A model generated the notes under the pieces. It was not told where the DNA came from and ran no database searches. It saw only the letters and a list, made by a program, of their open reading frames with translations. Position numbers and translations under genes: made by a program. Below are positions 62,023 to 64,000 of a stretch of DNA of 64,000 nt, in pieces. Every line of letters starts with the position of its first letter. Positions within the stretch are counted from its first letter, which is position 1. Source of the DNA: Alphaproteobacteria bacterium HGW-Alphaproteobacteria-14 (GTDB lineage Bacteria > Pseudomonadota > Alphaproteobacteria > Sphingomonadales > Sphingomonadaceae); contig PHEL01000001.1 of assembly GCA_002842925.1 (NCBI GenBank), positions 6,691 to 70,690 on the forward strand, in the 5' to 3' direction.

Positions 62023-62157
62023 AGACTTCGCCCCACCTTGCCCTTAGTCATTGTTGTGGCCCCATAATTTGAACGAATGCTCCGTTTTCGGTGCTGCATA
62101 CGTCATGCCATTTACCGGGGCTGAGTCAATTCACCGCACACCCAGCACAAGCCGTCG

Positions 62158-62204
62158 CGCTTACATTTTGCTTACAACAACAAGCGCAATGAGCCGTGTA
62201 AGCG
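62158..62204. repeat. Candidate integrase arm-type binding sites near att
   Basis: GCTTACA at 62159 and 62170 (11-bp period), inverted copy TGTAAGC at 62197; about 50-100 bp from the tRNA 3' end. Confidence 0.55.
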
Positions 62205-62255
62205 CCCTTCATTGGCGCCTACAGGCTATACACACTTGAATATATGAAGAAATAA

Positions 62256-62330
62256 TGGAGCGGGCGAGGCGATTCGAACGCCCGACCCCAACCTTGGCAA
62301 GGTTGTGCTCTACCCCTGAGCTACGCCCGC
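62256..62330 (-). tRNA. tRNA-Gly(GCC), 75 nt, CCA encoded; likely integration site
   Basis: Reverse complement GCGGGCGTAGCTCAGGGGTAGAGCACAACCTTGCCAAGGTTGGGGTCGGGCGTTCGAATCGCCTCGCCCGCTCCA folds as a cloverleaf with anticodon GCC. Confidence 0.98.
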
Positions 62331-62554
62331 TCACTGGCGCTGGCAGAAACCGAAACAAGCGCGGTATCTGCCGGAGAGGCGGCGGCGCGACTAGCAGTGC
62401 CTTGCCGGGGCTGCAAGCGCAAAATTGGGCCGATTGGGGCTTGATCGCAGGCCTGCGAGCGGCCAGCACTCAATGCCCGCTTCACATCTGCACCGAACGC
62501 CCCACATTGGGGCAGCAACAACGCAGCCACACAGCAAGACACAGGAGCATTCAA

Positions 62555-63493
62555 TTGGCCAGCATGGGATTGAGCATCGACGAACAAAAAGCGGTCGAAC
62601 GCTTCCGCAAGGACGTGGTCGATCCATCGCAGACCAGCCTCGTCATCCTCGATTTCTGGGCCGAATGGTGCGGGCCGTGCAAGGCGCTGACTCCGGTGCT
62701 GGAAAAAGTCGCGGGCGAATATGCCGACAAGGGCGTGGTGCTGGCGAAGGTCAATGTCGATGAAGAACAATTCATCGCCGCGCAGTTCCAGGTGCGATCA
62801 ATCCCGACTGTCTATGCGATGTTTCAAGGCCAGCCGGTTGCCGATCTGACCAGCGCCCGCACCGAAACGCAGTTGAAAGCGGCGATTGATCAGTTGCTGA
62901 CCCAATTGCCGGTGCAGCCGGGTGCAGCCGCCGCTGCTCCGCCGCAGGGGCCTTCGCCAGAAGAAATCGCGCAATTCATCAAGCTGGGTGACGAGGCGCT
63001 TTCCGCGGGCGATCCGCAGCGCGCGGCCAGCATCTTTGCCCAGATCACCGAATTCGCGCCCGAAAATGCCCCCGCCCACGCCGGACTCGTGCGCGCGCTG
63101 GTGCAATTGGGTGAGGTCGATCAGGCCCATCAGGTGATGCAGGTGATCGACGCCGATCCGCGGCTTGCCGCCGACCCGGCGATGACCGCTGCGAAAAGCG
63201 CGCTGGAGCTGGCGGGCACCAGGGTTGATGATGGCGAGCTTGCCACCCTGCGCGCCGCCGCTGTCGCAAACCCCGCTGACATGGACGCGCAGTTCGCCTT
63301 TGCCGAGGCGGCCTTTGCTGCCGGAAGCCGCGATGAGGCGGCCGACACGCTGCTGGCAATGGTTGCCGCCGATCGCGAGTGGAACGAAGGCGCGGCGCGC
63401 ACCCAGTTGCTCAAGATTTTCGAGGCCACCGGGCTGGAAGATGAATGGGTGATCGGCGTCCGCCGCCGCCTGTCGCGCGTGTTGTTTGGATGA
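62555..63493 (+). CDS. cnoX: Thioredoxin-TPR chaperedoxin (CnoX/YbbN)
   Basis: LDFWAEWCGPCK, FQVRSIPTV, TPR region, WNEGAARTQLL...RRRLSRVLF; TTG start after AGGAG (ATG alternative at 62564). Confidence 0.9.
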   Translation: MASMGLSIDEQKAVERFRKDVVDPSQTSLVILDFWAEWCGPCKALTPVLEKVAGEYADKGVVLAKVNVDEEQFIAAQFQVRSIPTVYAMFQGQPVADLTSARTETQLKAAIDQLLTQLPVQPGAAAAAPPQGPSPEEIAQFIKLGDEALSAGDPQRAASIFAQITEFAPENAPAHAGLVRALVQLGEVDQAHQVMQVIDADPRLAADPAMTAAKSALELAGTRVDDGELATLRAAAVANPADMDAQFAFAEAAFAAGSRDEAADTLLAMVAADREWNEGAARTQLLKIFEATGLEDEWVIGVRRRLSRVLFG

Positions 63494-64000
63494 ATGAACG
63501 GATCATGTCGAGGCGCCTCTCGATCTTCCCGCTGAGCGGCGCGGTGCTGTTTCCCGGGATGCAACTGCCGCTGCATATCTTTGAACCGCGTTACCGTGCG
63601 CTGGTCAGCGATGCGTTGATCCGGGATCGCCAGATCGCGATGATCCAGCCGCAACGCCCGACTGAAGGCGCGCCGCTGTTCAGCGTCGGCTGCGTCGGGC
63701 GGATTGGCGAGGTGCAGGCGATGGATGACGGGCGCTACAATATCGTCCTTGAAGGCGTCGCCCGGTTCCGGCTGGTGCGCGAGCTGGAGGTCACCACCGC
63801 ATTCCGCCAGATCGAAGCCGACATCTATGACGAGGATGAGGACGAGACCCTGACCCACGCCCAGCGCGGCGGGTTCGAGCGTGAGGCGCGGGCCTTTGCC
63901 GATGCGCAAGGATACAGCGTCGACTGGGATTCGGTCGAACGGCTGGATGATCGCTCGCTCATCAACGGCGTATCGCAGATCGCGCCGTTCGATCCGGCCA
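63490..64000 (+). CDS. LON peptidase substrate-binding-domain protein, truncated by the window end
   Basis: Translated by hand: MNERIMSRRLSIFPLSGAVLFPGMQLPLHIFEPRYRALVSDAL...GRYNIVLEG. Confidence 0.88.
   Translation, partial: MNERIMSRRLSIFPLSGAVLFPGMQLPLHIFEPRYRALVSDALIRDRQIAMIQPQRPTEGAPLFSVGCVGRIGEVQAMDDGRYNIVLEGVARFRLVRELEVTTAFRQIEADIYDEDEDETLTHAQRGGFEREARAFADAQGYSVDWDSVERLDDRSLINGVSQIAPFDPA

Noticed and set aside
62255-62554. 100-aa N-terminal extension of the thioredoxin-TPR ORF
   Set aside because: It runs through the tRNA; RBS and family N-terminus support a start at 62555 or 62564.

Overview
GC-rich alphaproteobacterial DNA; the gene set and protein sequences look sphingomonad/Erythrobacter-like. 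Most of the window (about 1-62255) appears to be one integrative conjugative element (ICE) of the Trb-type, RlxS/DUF3363-relaxase, Mesorhizobium ICEMlSym/Tn4371-like class. It abuts the 3' end of a tRNA-Gly(GCC) at 62256-62330; the integrase and second att copy are not in the window. Left to right: (1) a heavy-metal island with a CadR/PbrR-type MerR regulator, DUF3703, a methyltransferase, a CzcI-like ORF, czcCBAD, convergent copABCD, and a CsoR-led operon with a Cu P1B-ATPase; (2) a leading-region block (ardC, DUF2958, ParB-like, DUF736) with large DNA fold-backs; (3) an NsrR / truncated haemoglobin / DUF1971 nitrosative-stress module; (4) a QseC-QseM-FseA-RdfS-like transfer switch with a clear +1 programmed frameshift site; (5) repA with iterons, traF, a lytic transglycosylase and the relaxase; (6) an Xre-RES toxin-antitoxin pair and an orphan PIN gene; (7) traG and copG; (8) a 12.7 kb defence insert (ietAS, a DCL/DUF3223-like gene, a multi-domain McrBC, an MmeI-like type IIG enzyme); (9) trbBCDEJKLFGI, DUF2274 and LysR; then the tRNA and host genes (cnoX/ybbN, LON-domain protein). 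Best leads: a secreted His/Cys-rich uORF with a RAPP arrest motif in front of czcCBAD, the frameshifted FseA-like activator, the DCL-like gene behind ietAS, and a McrB with several candidate DNA-reader domains. Family names come from motif recall, not database searches.
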